DNA from: Piedraia hortae CBS 480.64
Lineage: Eukaryota
Length of the DNA: 64,000 nucleotides
Reading direction: 5' to 3'
Assembly (NCBI GenBank): GCA_010093745.1
Contig: MU005958.1
Coordinates: 1 to 64,000, forward strand
A program made the position numbers and the translations under genes. Within the stretch, counting starts at the first letter, position 1; each line of letters opens with the position of its first letter. Below, one piece after another: positions 32,216 through 45,529 of the stretch. The notes beneath the pieces are model-generated. The model was not told where the DNA came from, made no database searches, and saw only the letters and a program-made list of their open reading frames with translations.

Positions 32216-34624
32216 CTATAGGTCCTCATCCGAAGGAATGGCATCCAAAGATACAATCGATCCAGTTATTGAATCGGCAAGATCATCAAGCATGCTAGGA
32301 TCAGAGCGTAAACCCGTTCTCTGATGCTCCTCTGGCCCGTCACTCTTCTTGTGCTCAAGCCAAGATGCCTCGTCACTTTGGCCCTGCTCGTCAAAGCTAT
32401 CTACTGAACCAAGTCTGGTATCTTCCAAGACTGTAAACATTTCTTCTGCCAGAGCCAGAAGTTCGTGGTCTTCCAAGACCACAAGGTCTTCATCAACCAG
32501 CGGGTTGAAGTCCTCGTCCTCCATTAGGATCGGTTGTTCATCCATCCCTTTACTGGATGGATCTACTTCCAATTGGCTAGAAGACAAATCTTTCAGCTCT
32601 TCGTGCTCAAAATCGCTGGGATACGGGAGCTTGGGACTACCAGTGCTCTCGGATTCAGTGAAATACGTATAATCCACTTGGTTATCACCTTCAGTCTTGT
32701 TATGGCTGCAATGTTCGCTTTCACGCTCACTAAAATTGATGTCGCTGAACTGCTCATGCTCTGAGCAAATGGAGCTTTCATGCAGTCCATCAACCTTGCA
32801 GTGATCTGATCGTACAACTTCCAGCTCACTGGTCTTTTCTATCTCGTTCACCGGTTGGCCTCGTCGGTCTGGCCAGACAGATCTTTCAAAAAGACCATTT
32901 GAGTGTTCGGAACATATATCTTCGAACTCGCTGGACTTTGCCATTACGTTCACCGGTTGGTCAAGCTGGCTATAGAGGCCGTCCGAACATATTGAACCTT
33001 CATGAAGACAATCCAAGTGTTCAGAATGTATTTCTTCCGACTCGCTCGCACGTTGGAATTCGTCTTTGATTCCAGCCAGATTACCATTCTCATTCGGATC
33101 AAGACAGGACTCAGCTCCCGAGACATCCTCGGACAGCTGCCCGCAATGATCATCTTCACCAAGATTCTCACTTTTCCCTAGTTCATCTGAGAAATCACTG
33201 CTTACCGTGCCACACAAGAACGCGCTCTCATTATTTGTATCACAGAAGAGCTTGTCATCACTACTCGGCTCATCATCCGTGTCACTCAAGCCTTCTTCAA
33301 GATCCTTAGGATCTTGAAACAAAGGCTCAGGCAATGACTCGTCTACAAAAGGGCCCGAGTCGGAATCAAGGTCTTCCGGCCATGACTCCAAGTGTTCCGA
33401 GTCCATCTGTGACCCGATCGGACTCTCGAGTGATTTCAAATCTAGCACAGCATCGGGATTGTAAACACCCCCTTGCAGGAGTCGCCATAGATGAACTGCT
33501 ATAGATATCCCGGGACCTTTCTCTGCGGGCTGGACAGAGTGCGGTGATTCATTACACAGCTTTTGCACCTTATTTCTCAGGCCACGGCTTTTGCAGTGTC
33601 GAGTTCCCAGATTCGCGAGGACTGCAGCAATGGTGGACAAGAATACAGCTCTACTGGACACCTCGGACAAATAGCCTGGCGACCAAACCGAGGCCGCTTC
33701 GGCTGCCAAAGGCTTCACGTCGACGTGGCGCGGTATGGAAATACCTTTCTCATGCCGTGACAGAGCTCCGCAGATGGCGAACCGCATAGCCCCGCCCACA
33801 AGCAATATGACCTGTTCAGCCAGTGTGTCACTGCTATGCATGTCAGCCAAGCTGCGTCGCCGTTTTACCATTGGCGGTTCATCTTCCTGTGAATTACCGG
33901 GGGTTGGCAATCCAGTATTGTCAACCGCATTCAATTCATCACCTAACTCTTCGTCGTCAGCTTCGACGGAATCATCGCAGAAGAGCATGTCTTCTGCTGG
34001 GGCGGTGAGAATGCTCGGAAAGCCCTCGCAGGGGTCCACAACGGCTGCATCGGCAAAGCTGTGTAACTTGCGTCTCTTGTGTCCTTGGCGGTGCTGGAGC
34101 CTCATTGCCATGTGCACCAGATTGAGGTCGCGTGTTGCCACGCCATCTGGTGGCTTGACGTTGAAGAACGGTACATCCTTGCCCAACAAATGCCGTCTTC
34201 GTTTCTCTCTACCCTTGTATACAATGTCGTGCACGAGGTAAGTTGTCACTTTTCCGAGCCCGATTTCGATACTCGACGGTGTTAGACGAAGCTGTGGCCA
34301 AAACTGTCAAATCTGTAAGCGAACATACTTTCTGTTTTCCTGTTAGGGGTCAATCTTGCCGGCGCCTGTCGCATGCTCACGGCCAAAGCATCAAGAAGTT
34401 CGTTTCTGCAATCAAGAAAATGATCTTCTGAGAATCGCAACTCAATCTCAAGACGAAAGTTGTTTCCACGTTGAATCCAAGGTTTTTGTTGATATGCACG
34501 CTCGTTGCAGCCTTGTAGCGGCCCAAAGTTCGCGTCGCTTTTGACGTTAAGTTCAAGATCTGTGGTAGTTGAGATTACATCCAGACTTCCTAAGTTCACA
34601 ATAGAAGGGGCCAAGTTCATCATG
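32216..34624 (-). CDS. Hypothetical protein with a very acidic low-complexity C-terminal half; 5' exon structure uncertain
   Basis: 677-aa ORF (32216-34249) plus a probable upstream exon (MMNLAPS...) linked by a GTATGT intron near 34330. Confidence 0.6.
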
Positions 34625-34732
34625 CGCGTGTGGTGACTTCTGTCAGTCAAATGAAGATGTGGGGCTGTTCCGCTAACATCTGTCAACGTCAAGAGTGCTA
34701 TGGTTGTAGAAACTAAATGAGATCAACTTGAT

Positions 34733-36334
34733 ATGCGTCGCACGATCGCCTCCAATATGAAGAGTGCAGGATTGGTCAGGAATATATCCAGCTCCAAGTT
34801 TACAAGTTGCCAAGCTCGAAGCCTTTCCTTCACCGCGAATCGTAAAATACATGGCGTGTTTCCCGAACTGGTCAGACGATCCGCTCAGGTGCCGTGGATA
34901 GAGACTTTGCAAAGGAGAAAAGATGCTGCTCTTGGGAGGCTTCCTGCACGAGAACCGCTGAAGAGAGATATGACACCCAAGAAGGTTTCAGATACCTATC
35001 ACCGGGTGGTACGTTAGACACACATCAATTACCAACCATAGACTGATAAAAACATGGTAGGTTCTTCCTCTAGGGCAGGACCCTTGGCTTTCGGATACCT
35101 ATCTCAACTCCACCGGCAACCTCCGCCTCGGTCCCATATTCAGTGATCTGGATGCCTTATCCGGCTTTAGCGCCTACAAACTCACCGGTTCGGGAGTCAC
35201 GGTCGTGACCGCTGCCTTCGACAGAATCGCCATCAACTGTCCTTTGGAAAAAATCTGCGACCTGGAACTAAGCAGCAGAGTAACCTACGTAGGCAGAACC
35301 AGCATGGAAGTCAGGCTACAAGTCGCCCGAGCCTCCCCCTCAGGCACACCACCCTTCCCAGACGATGTGCTCCTAAACTGCCAATGCACCATGGTCGGTC
35401 TGGACCCAGATACACGCAAAACCGTCCAACTTCCACCCTTGATAACCGAAACGGACGAAGAAAAGACCCAATTCGAAGAAGGTGTAAAAAACAGCCAACA
35501 ACGGAAACAAAATACGCAGCGATCCCTCCTAAAAACCAAACCCGATGATGAAGAAACAAACATCATCCACGCCTTATGGCAGGTATTTCATCCCCCCCTT
35601 ATTACCAGCCCCATGCTAACCCCCCCCAAGAAACAAATCAGCTACCGCGACCCCAACATTCCGGATCAAAAGCCCAACAACGTCCAATTCATGGATGCCA
35701 CAAAACTCAGCACAACAAGTATAATGCAGCCTCAATACCGCGTATGCTTCCCTCCCCTCAACCCACAACCTTAACTCAAAGCATCCAGAATTTCCACCAG
35801 GACATGATCTTCGGCGGGTTTCTGCTGAAACAGACGTATGAGCTTGCGTTCTGCTGCGCAGCGAGTTTTGCTCGCAAGCGCCCGAAGTTTATTTCACTTG
35901 ATCCCTCGACGTTTGAGAATCCGGTTCCCGTGGGAAGTGTGCTGTATCTTACCGCTATGGTGGTGTATACGAGTCCGCCGATTGTGGTGGGGAGCAGGGA
36001 GGCGGAGGTGGCACATACCCAAGCGGAGCAGGCCTACAATGCAGAGGGATCTACCAAGCCGGACAAATTCAGCAAGGCAAAGCAAACCCAGACAAGAGTC
36101 CAGGTGAGGGTCAAAAGCAGAGTCCGCAATGTGGAACACGGCGATGCAAAATCCACGGGGGATTTTCATTATACGTTCCTCGTTGATGCGGATGTAAAGG
36201 TCCTGCCGAGGACGTATACCGAATTTATGCTTTATATTGATGCACGGAGGAGTGCTAGGATGGTGGGTGATGGGGTTCAGGATGAACGGGGGTGGAGTAG
36301 GGAAGAGGGGGGTGAAAATGTGAGAGGTTCATGA
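34733..36334 (+). CDS. Mitochondrial acyl-CoA thioesterase, double hotdog fold (ACOT9-like); three introns, the first at 35009-35060
   Basis: DTYLNSTGNLRLG..FSDLDALSG, VTAAFDRI, VTYVGRTSMEV, IMQPQYRNFH..MIFGGFLLKQTYELA, FENPVPVGSVL. Confidence 0.88.
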
Positions 36335-37166
36335 AAGGTGTGGGGGGGGAAATGGATTGGGGAAAACAGCTCAGCTGGTATCATTGGATCGAGACATGTA
36401 GAGGGTTAGAGTCCCTTCCGGAGGAGGGAGTATACCTTGGGGTATTCAATATGATAGCTCTGTGTAGTATATCAGAGATTCGGAGCTGGGATTTTTCTTT
36501 ACCAAGTGAAACATCGAATTATATCTTAGAAAATGGTCTTTCGTTTGCAATATCATGGCCTCGGAAAAGGGCCTCCCTAGATCATATTTATTACGGAACC
36601 ATATCGCAGCCACGTGACCCGACATCTCACATCAAGCCCATGGCGTAGTTAGCTCTTCCGTAAGGCGCAACACAGTTCACAGTTGTAAAGGATAGCATAG
36701 TCCGCGCCGTAATAGAAATCAAGCATGGATTTTTTAGTACCCCAAGAACGGAAGCAAAATCTCAAAGACCCTTGTTCAAAATTGAAACCCACAAGAGAGA
36801 AGTGGTATATTGCCGTATCCAGAACCATCCCGCACATCAAAGTCCAAAAAAAAAGCACTCTCAAACCACTCACCCATGTAAAACTCAAGACATCTTCGGG
36901 AGAGCACATACAGAATGAGGAAACAGGTACATCCCATTGGCAAGGTAGAAAGTTAATAGCATTTGAGAAAGAGTGGGAAATATTCCATCTTCTTTAGAGG
37001 ATTTTCTTCCAAGGCGGACATCCCAATGAAGAGATGGAGAGGCTGGCTATACGATAGCTTCGCGCAATGAGGATGATACAGTGTTCTACATATTCCCGTA
37101 CAGCAAATAATACAGATACACCGTAGCGCCTGCCATGCCATGAAACACCAAACAAAAAGCTCAGCA

Positions 37167-38828
37167 TCACAATTTCGCCTTCGTCGTCGCGCTCGCCTCG
37201 TGATTGATCTCAACGGAGCCGTTAGCTTCCCCTTCCCCAAAGAAAATGACCTGAACAGTCAAATCATCTCTCCAACGACGGCTCTGCGGCGATGGAAGGG
37301 TAAGCAGAGCGCTGAGCATTTCGCCGTCGCGGCCGCCGAGAGCATTGCGTACGAGATGCGTAGCAGCGTTGGCATCTTGGACGACGAAACGACCGGTATC
37401 AGATGGGACATTCCACTGGCGTTGGCGGATGGGAATGCGCTGGCCGCCTTGCTCGCCCGTATTGGATGGTTCCAGGGGGAGCGAGGTGGACTTCCCGCGG
37501 AGCCAGCTGGGTACCCATGAGCTTGGGGTGGACACCATACCTTGCGTCTCCAGCCACTGGCCCACGAGTCCTACAACTTCGTCGTTGGAGAGCATCTCCC
37601 ATAGACCATCCGTAGCCATCACAACGAAATCGTTCTTGGAGGGGTCCATCTTGGTGGTTGTTATGACTGGCTCGGCTGTGACATATGGCGGCGTGCGCAG
37701 ATGTGGCGGCGGCGTGCGGCCAAAGTACTTGGACCGCAGCTTCTCCTGCACGCCACGGCTCCACTTGTACATGGCATCGCCAAAAGCGCGGCTGGGCTCC
37801 AACCCGCCCAAAATGCGGCCGTTGTGGGTGACGTAGGGCTCACCCGGGTGCTCGGCGCGGAGTCTTGCGTCTTCCGAAGGCGTACCGCCAGTAAGGTCAA
37901 CTGAAAGCGGTGTGGCCGTCCACTTGCCGCTGGCTGTGCGGCGGCCCAATACTGCTCGGCTGTCACCTGCGCAGGCAACTCGGAGCTCCTTAGAGCGGCT
38001 GTCGTAGAAAGAAAGCAGAGCGCAAGACCCAGAGAGGGCGGGTGCCAACATCTGGGCAGCAACGACCTTGGACTGTGCATCCATGACCTTCTGGGCGGCC
38101 TCGTGGGTGATTTCATAGTCGAGTTTGAGGAAGCCCTGCTTGATGGCGGCATCGACGGCCTCTGCAGAAGGTGTGGCCACGGCCTGATAGGTGTTGTTGA
38201 GCTCACGCGCAACGTACGAAACAAGAGCCTGGCGCAACTTGGCCGATGTTGTCCAGCCCGAATGGCCGTCAAACACGCCCCAGAACATCCAGTCTGACTG
38301 TCCGGGCATCTCTACAATCTTCTCGACGTGGTCGTCTTCGATAGGATCGTTGGACGGTATCTGTACAACGTCGTAGCGGACGACGCCAGCGCCGCGGCTA
38401 ACCAGGTAGCTCTCTTGATTGGTACGCAGCTTGGCGCTCGCCTGCTCCGGCGTCAACATCTCGAGCAGCTTGCGCCTGGAGAAATCGGTGTCCTTGTTGA
38501 TGGGCTGGTCGCCAGGCACATCGGCAACGAGAAACTGATCGCGGTCGACAACAAGCGCCTTGCGTCCAAACTCTGGCGTTTCGGCCGCTGTCGTCTGTGG
38601 TTTGAGCGATGTCAAGCCTGGTGTCGTCCGCTGCAGGCCAAAGTATAGTGCGGCTGCGGCTGCCCCGATGCCTAGGGGGAGATACATACGGCGCGACTGG
38701 CGGAGGCCGGAATCGCGACTAATGGTGCGGATAAAAGCAGCATTAGCTGGGCGATGTCGAAACTGCCTGACGGTGCGCGCAACCGGTCTCCGCGCTGGGC
38801 GGATGTGCTGGAACACTGCGCGCCGCAT
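37167..38828 (-). CDS. PTC5: Mitochondrial PP2C, pyruvate dehydrogenase phosphatase type
   Basis: SNDPIEDD, GVFDGHSG, ACAGDSRAVLG, SRAFGD, MATDGLW, RDDLTV; Arg-rich presequence from the ATG at 38828. Confidence 0.9.
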   Translation of the reverse strand: MRRAVFQHIRPARRPVARTVRQFRHRPANAAFIRTISRDSGLRQSRRMYLPLGIGAAAAALYFGLQRTTPGLTSLKPQTTAAETPEFGRKALVVDRDQFLVADVPGDQPINKDTDFSRRKLLEMLTPEQASAKLRTNQESYLVSRGAGVVRYDVVQIPSNDPIEDDHVEKIVEMPGQSDWMFWGVFDGHSGWTTSAKLRQALVSYVARELNNTYQAVATPSAEAVDAAIKQGFLKLDYEITHEAAQKVMDAQSKVVAAQMLAPALSGSCALLSFYDSRSKELRVACAGDSRAVLGRRTASGKWTATPLSVDLTGGTPSEDARLRAEHPGEPYVTHNGRILGGLEPSRAFGDAMYKWSRGVQEKLRSKYFGRTPPPHLRTPPYVTAEPVITTTKMDPSKNDFVVMATDGLWEMLSNDEVVGLVGQWLETQGMVSTPSSWVPSWLRGKSTSLPLEPSNTGEQGGQRIPIRQRQWNVPSDTGRFVVQDANAATHLVRNALGGRDGEMLSALLTLPSPQSRRWRDDLTVQVIFFGEGEANGSVEINHEASATTKAKL

Positions 38829-39068
38829 CGCCGTGCACAGAGAGACGGCGTGAGGCCAGAGTTGGCCCCGCACGCACGTGCCCAGGAAATGTGGGCCGAA
38901 AGCTGTGGGCGATGGAGAACGATGTGGGTGTGGGAGAATGGAGGACTGCCCTGGCAATATTGAAGTATTGATAGATAACCGCTTGGGCAACGTTAGTAAA
39001 GAAATGGTCAGTGTCACTTGGCAAGATGAAGTGGCACCCACGTCATTGTACTGAGCCTACAGCTACCC

Positions 39069-39647
39069 CTATGACTCCTCCACGACCGACGTCTGCAGAC
39101 CTTTCGGATTCTTGACATTTACCGCCTGCACGTACGAATACAGCTTCTCTTTGGCGCCTTCCTCGTCATTGCGGCGACGGCTGATACGGACGCGGAGACG
39201 GAAGGGGACGCCCTTGACACCGCATTCCCAGACCTTTTTATTGAGCTGCGGGTCCAGGCGCACGTCTGAGGTTCCCTGATAGATGATTAGCATGGATCAA
39301 GAACCATAGGAGCAGTGAACCCACCATGGCCTTGGCAGCAAAGTCACGGATCTCCTTGATCGCGCGGGGCGCCCGCTTCTTGAATGTCACTCCGTGTACC
39401 TACACAACCCGCGTGATTAGACTTTTTCTTGTAATTCAGTCTTCCGCCCGATGCTCCCCAATCTCTCCACCCGTCCTCGACGGACTCGTTGGCGGGAGGT
39501 GTTGGAGGCCGTGGTTGGACTTCATCAAACTGAACGTACTCTTTTGTGGAGGTGGATGGTGTATTCTCGCGTAACAACGTCTTCGAGAGCACTGCGGCCC
39601 TGACCGCCCTCGCCAGCAGCTTTCTTGCTCTGCTTGGTGGACGCCAT
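39069..39647 (-). CDS. RPL31: 60S ribosomal protein eL31 (introns 39400-39539 and 39276-39324)
   Basis: DVVTREYTIHLHKR|VHGVTFKKRAPRAIKEI..AM|GTSDVRLDPQLNK. Confidence 0.97.
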
Positions 39648-39892
39648 TGCTGTTGGTGTTCGCTGATAAATTTGCGTGGGGCAGAGAATGGAATGTGGGA
39701 GTCTTGGCATGCGCCTGCGTCAGCCGAAGTTTTGCCAACCCTAAGCCAATGCGCCGGGATCGCGGTAGAAAATCAACTAAGCCTCTCGGTGACCCGTCGT
39801 TCCTTTTGCATCATAGCCATATCTGAGCTGTTTCAACCACATGTGCCCATACGTTTTTCTGTCCATGTTTGCACCTGTAGGACCGTCTGACT

Positions 39893-41292
39893 ATGTCGGC
39901 CCCTAATCTCAAACGCGCCGCTGGAAACATCTCACCACCACCAGTCAAGCGACGAGCCACTACAACGAGTCAGGCAGTTGCCAACTTCTTCAAACCCGCC
40001 TCACAAAAGGAGCCTAGTCAGGTGGTGTTCAAGATCTTAAAAGATTCCCTTCTCATTGCGCGATTTGGCGATGCCACAACCGAGAAGCGCCCTAAACCGG
40101 CCAAGATCGCTGCCTTTGACCTGGACAGCACCCTAATCACTTCCAAGTCAGGAAGAACGTTTGCCAAAAGCGCACAGGACTGGCAATGGTGGAATAGCTG
40201 CATACCACAACGGCTGCAGAAGCTCCATGGTGAGGGCTATGCACTCGTAGTCATGACCAACCAGGCTGCAATCAAATTTCGGTCAAGCAAAGCAACGCCG
40301 GGTGAGGTGAAGAGCCTTGCTACTTTTAAAGAAAAGGTTACGGCGGTGTTGACGACGATCAAATTACCGATATCTCTCTATGCGGCGACACAGCCGGATG
40401 AACACCGCAAGCCGCGAAGTGGCATGTGGAAGCAAATGTGCCAAGACTATGGTCTATATGAGCCTGGCGCTATCGACCTCGCCAACTCGATTTTCGTCGG
40501 TGATGCAGCCGGACGCGATGCTGATCTCAACTCGGGTAGGAAAAAGGATCATTCTTGTGCTGACCGCCAATTTGCCATGAATAACGGCATCGCTTTTCAC
40601 ACTCCAGAGGAATATTTCCTTGGAGAGCCGGTACATTCTTTTGAGATTGGCTTCGACCCAAATAACTTTCTTACAACAACGAATTCAAAAGCGCCAGCTC
40701 AGCGTAATCACGATTTGGAACTTGTCCTCTTCTGCGGTAGCCCTGGAGCGGGCAAGTCAACCTATTATTGGAGACAGATGCAACCGTTGGGTTATGAACG
40801 TGCGAACCAGGATGCACTCAAGAGTCGAGACCGATGCATGCGGGCGGCCGAGGACTTTGTGCGCCAAGGTAAATCAGTCGTAGTGGACAACACTAACGCT
40901 GACGTGGAGACTCGACGTAAATGGGTTGAATGGGCTCGGGCGCAGAGCGTCCCGGTTCGTCTGATCCACTTTACAGCTCCAACGCGGCTGTGCGAGCATA
41001 ACGACACCGTACGAGCACTATCAGGGGACCTGGTGAGTGGTGTGGGGCACATGGGCGTTGTCTGACGGCTGATGCAGATGAACCCCGAGGGCCGCACCAT
41101 GCTTCCTCGGGTGGCATTCACGAGCTTCACGTCGCGGTACCGTGAACCCCGGACCGATGAGGGCTTTGATGACATACAGCGAGTGGATTTTGAGGTTTGT
41201 ATTTGTTCACATGGCACGGTCACTCTAATGTCTTGCAGTTCGAAGGCACAGAGGAACAAAAGCGGCTGTGGACGCGCTTCTGGATCGGGTAA
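39893..41292 (+). CDS. PNK1: Bifunctional polynucleotide 3'-phosphatase/5'-kinase (introns 41033-41077 and 41195-41238)
   Basis: HAD motifs AFDLDSTLI, TNQ, RKP, FVGDAAGR; kinase P-loop GSPGAGKST and VVDNTN. Confidence 0.92.
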
Positions 41293-42494
41293 TCCCGTGA
41301 TAAGAGCCCGTTGTGGTATCACGTCGGCATTGCATCCCACAGATCCCTACTGATTGGGCCAGGTTAACGTCATGCATGTTTGACGGGTGAAAGTGAACGG
41401 TGTACGCACATGACGCGGGGCAAGGCGAGCAGGATCAGGGGGCGTGGCCCACGGCTGGTGGTGAAGGCAGAAGCAAGACTGTTCCACCAAAAAAAAAAAA
41501 AACATGTCGATTAAGATAGAAACAACTGGGTGAATCGATGGCTGATCCAGGCTCAAGAGAAGCGGGGTACGCATGACTACGTGCCGCTCTCAATTCACCG
41601 CCTCTTTCTCCATTCAATACCACACCATTCGTTTTACGAAGCCACCAAAACAGTGTCCGGTCAGACGTCCGGATCTGCTGAGTGCTGCCACGGCTGGTCT
41701 CCTCGGCTGACGCCCTCGCCCAGCCCCGATCCTAAGACCGTTTTGTCTTGCTTTCAGACAAGCGTTGCGGCTCGCAAGGCCGCATTCGCGAGCCGTTTGA
41801 CCGTTCCCTCAGGTGTGGGTGCCTGGGGAGATGCTTGGGATGCATGGAGATGACGGTGTGGTGCCTGAAGGATGCCTGATGACGCCAGATATACGTCAAT
41901 AATGCCTGAGGAATATATCAAGGTTGCCTTACGCCACCCCAATTTGGACTACGTCCCGGGGCTCTGGATACGCGTTCGGGCTACCGGGAATCCGGCCCAT
42001 TGGCTCCACGTGATCTGCGAACAAGTCCCCGTCTTCACATGGCGGTAACAAAACAAAACGCACCGCAAAAAAGAAAAACGGGCAAAAGAAACGGCAGCAT
42101 GCACGTGATCGCAGCGCTGCCGGCTTTGGTGCGCAGGCCCCATGCCCCGGTCAGTTGGCGGCGTTACGGGCGACGGACACTGCGGCCTGTTCCGGTTACG
42201 CTCCCAGCCACTTCCTGGTCGCGACCGACTCTAGCGCGACGCCGCGGCCCTCACAACTGTCTTTCCCCGTCGGTCTCAACCGCTTTTGCCGGTGACAGGC
42301 TGTAGGTTGGATTTTGTCAGGAACGATTTTTCCGCCGAATAGCCGAATTTTCCCCTACCTTCTTTTGTTTACCCACTGTGCGCTTTCCTGTTTACTCTGC
42401 ACTTTTGCCTTTACACTTCTCTCCACCACGCGTATGATCCACAAGTCATTCTCTCTCACAACCCGGCCAGATCACCGTGGACGTCGACGCCCAG

Positions 42495-43895
42495 ATGGAG
42501 GATGAACTAGTTCACTCGCGGCAAAGCTCTGGATGCTCCATAGCTTCTGCTGCCGTTGCATCCACATGTTCGGGCCCCAGAAGCCATCGGAGGTTTTCAA
42601 GCTCGTCCTCGGTGTATTCTGCCCCAGACTCGCCAGCAATTGCCCCTCTTGTTGCTGCTAAACGATCTCTGGGCGATCTAGTCGAGGAACCTGCTGAGCT
42701 TGACGACGAGTCTAACAAGGAAGAGCAGCTCCTGGGAGACGACTGTCTTTGTATATGCGACCAGGTTCTCTGTGTGCACCAGCAATGCTCATCGCCTGTT
42801 GCAATCTCACAGCTCGAGGATGATCTTTTGCCCGTATCTGATCTTCGGCTGAATTCGCTGCCCACACCAGTCTCGGAGCTTCGTCAAGATGCACTTCCAA
42901 TACATCGAAGTTCACCAGATGTCACTACTTCGCGCTGGAATCGCCACTTACCCTCGTCCCTCTCGCGTAAGCTGCGCGGGACGAAGACGGCCCCTCCGTC
43001 TGCCATTGCCACTCCCGTTCGCAGTGCCCCAGTTTCTCGAGCGTCATCGGTGCGCCCTCCTCATCCTCCTGGTGGTCATGTAGAAGCACCGCCCACTCCA
43101 CCGCTGTCGCCCGAGCAAAGTCGGAGCGACATGTTACCCACAAGCCCATCAATCATGGACGTGGCCGTGTCTCGACCAAAACCGATGGCTGATCCGATTG
43201 ATCGCCAAGCCAATGCGTCTACGCCGCTACTACCTCCGTTTATAATGCCAACAAAAGGCGACCCTGGCGAAAGCCCACTTTCTCCGCTGCAGTCGCCGAG
43301 CATTGCGACGGGCACGCAATTTTCATTTTTATCACCAAAGACGTCCAATGCGTCGTTTGGAGAAGTCAGACAAGCTGCACCGGTGTCGGAACGCTCGGAT
43401 TACTGGGCGGCCGTGCTTGGTCACGCCAACTTTCACATCCAGCCGGAGCCCTACATGCCGGCTGCCTCTACCCTAGACAGTCTCAGGCAACTGCTAAGCG
43501 ATTGGGACAAGGCAAGTGTGGCATATATGATCCGAGAGCGACAGATAGACGAGCATCATGGCAGCAGATCACAGGTGTTGAAGCACGCACAGGAAAAGTG
43601 GGCGGAAATCAATGCGCAATGGAGAGCATACTACAACCGTGTCGAGAGAGAAGCAGCAGAAAAGGGCGAGATTGAACGATACAAACGGACACCGGCAGAC
43701 CAACAGTCGACAGTGGCGGCAATGCCGACTCTCGTCGACCCGAAGCAGCCGTCCAAATTTCCTCTTGTCAATGAAGCGGACGTGGTTGGACCGATGGTCA
43801 AGTACACGACACGGTTTCCCCTTCCCATCGCACCATCATCGCCCAAACGTACCGCGTTTGTCAGGCTTCTGACCGACCGTTCTACGCACAAATGA
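42495..43895 (+). CDS. Conserved-looking fungal Pro/Ser-rich hypothetical protein
   Basis: Long single ORF with STPLLPP, LGHANFHIQPEPY and VVGPMV motifs; start uncertain. Confidence 0.7.
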   Translation: MEDELVHSRQSSGCSIASAAVASTCSGPRSHRRFSSSSSVYSAPDSPAIAPLVAAKRSLGDLVEEPAELDDESNKEEQLLGDDCLCICDQVLCVHQQCSSPVAISQLEDDLLPVSDLRLNSLPTPVSELRQDALPIHRSSPDVTTSRWNRHLPSSLSRKLRGTKTAPPSAIATPVRSAPVSRASSVRPPHPPGGHVEAPPTPPLSPEQSRSDMLPTSPSIMDVAVSRPKPMADPIDRQANASTPLLPPFIMPTKGDPGESPLSPLQSPSIATGTQFSFLSPKTSNASFGEVRQAAPVSERSDYWAAVLGHANFHIQPEPYMPAASTLDSLRQLLSDWDKASVAYMIRERQIDEHHGSRSQVLKHAQEKWAEINAQWRAYYNRVEREAAEKGEIERYKRTPADQQSTVAAMPTLVDPKQPSKFPLVNEADVVGPMVKYTTRFPLPIAPSSPKRTAFVRLLTDRSTHK

Positions 43896-45003
43896 CGCTG
43901 AAGTGAGGGGGGCCCGTTCATGCACGACGCGAAAGGAAGTGTTTGTGTAAAACTGTCATTTGTGTGACATATAACGATGATGCTGTGCCACGTTGATTAG
44001 CCCATGAAATGATAACATTGCATGCAAAATTCCTACAATACCGCCCGGAAGTGTGTCTGCAGGACCATATTCCAAACCAATGGCTCCCGAACAAATGTCG
44101 ATCATAATCTATTTTTCTCGCCCGACCTGAATATCAATCGAGCCAGATCGGTTGAGGTGAGGAAACCTGCACCTGGTTTTAATTTTCTTTTCCGTCGATC
44201 ACCCCATTTCTGGCCGCATGTCTGCCTGCTCACCCCCTCTTCGCTTGCCTGCTGTCTCACCTCCCTCTTTCTTTCTGTTACACAAGCCTGGTCGCTCGGG
44301 ACCTTTTCATCTTCTTTCATCTCTTTTCCTTTCCAAATTATCTTACCAGTTGCACCAAGTTAAAATCCCTGTTTAGCAGATCCGCAGATCAGCAGACATC
44401 AAAACATGATTTCTCTGCTGCGTGTAACTTGGAAATCAGGCTGATGTGGAATCGGATGACCGCTTTGGGAAGTGGATTTCCCTGCCGAACCCGCTCTGCC
44501 ATGCGTCGCGTTGTGTTGAGGACCAGGCAGGGATCTGAGACAGACAGGTGGCTTGCGTTTTTGTATGCAGATGTGAGGAGGCCGAAGGAGTCTAGAAGAG
44601 GGCAGCTGCTGGGGGATCGAAGAGTAACTCATGATTAACGTGCAGCAAAACATGAGGATATTTGCTACTGCTGTATTGTCATATTATCGAAATCTACAGA
44701 GTCCATGGCTGCTGATTGCCAGAACAAATCCTTTCCGTATCTCACATAGTCAGCCCATCGTTACATTCCCATACGCAAAGCATCAAGAAGCGGACGTTAG
44801 CACACATCCCAAGCACACGATGCGAAACCTCTCCTCTGCCAGAAAAACAAAAGCTCTTGCAGACCGAACATCCCAACATGTATACCCACCAAACGGGCAA
44901 CACTCTGGAAAAAAATAAGCCATCCCCACAAACCCCGACCCCCTATCTCACCATCCCTTCTTCCCTCCATACCACGCAGGTATCCTCCGCATCCCCAAGA
45001 CCT

Positions 45004-45265
45004 TCACCTCTCAACCCTCTCACACACAACTCCCACCACAGCCCTCAACACAGCTATCTCCTCCTCGACACTCGCCCTCCCGAGAGGAAAGTCCACCCCC
45101 CCACCAACAAAACACAACTTCCCTGTCCTCCTCACCAGCACTTTAGCCAATCGCGTAGCAAAATCTCCTCCTCCGGGGTATATCCTCGTGCTGAGGGGCT
45201 CGTTGGTGTTATATTTCTGTTTTCCAATGAGTTTTTCATATCAGAGGGGTGGAATGGGGGACCGA

Positions 45266-45301
<36 letters not shown>

Positions 45302-45529
45302 GAAGCTACGTACGTTTGGCATAGAGTAGGTTAACGGACCCATGGGCGGTGTTGTTGGGATTTCGTCTAGACCGGTGCTTGTGAGGAAGAGGAGGAGGGT
45401 TGAAGAGAGGTTTGTGAGGTGGATGTGCAGTTTGAGGCCCGTGGATGGGAGGGGGAGCGTGAGTTGCGTTGGTTGTGTTGGTTGTGTTGGGGGCATGATT
45501 GGTGCGGTGGGGCGTGATGTTGGTGACAT
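45004..45529 (-). CDS. Proteasome assembly chaperone 4 (Poc4/PAC4)-like (intron 45217-45313)
   Basis: LHIHLT..LLLFLT..MGPLTYSMPN|..PLST..FATRLAKVLVRRTGK..FVG..VEEE. Confidence 0.72.
45268..45300. repeat. G33 homopolymer inside the PAC4-like intron; a second G11-A-G5 run lies at 45549-45565
   Basis: Direct count from the sequence. Confidence 0.9.

Noticed and set aside
36630..36735. Possible Pol III ncRNA or tRNA relic (A-box-like TGGCGTAGTTAG, CCATG/CATGG ends, T run)
   Set aside because: There is no B box and no cloverleaf, so it cannot be supported without an Rfam search.
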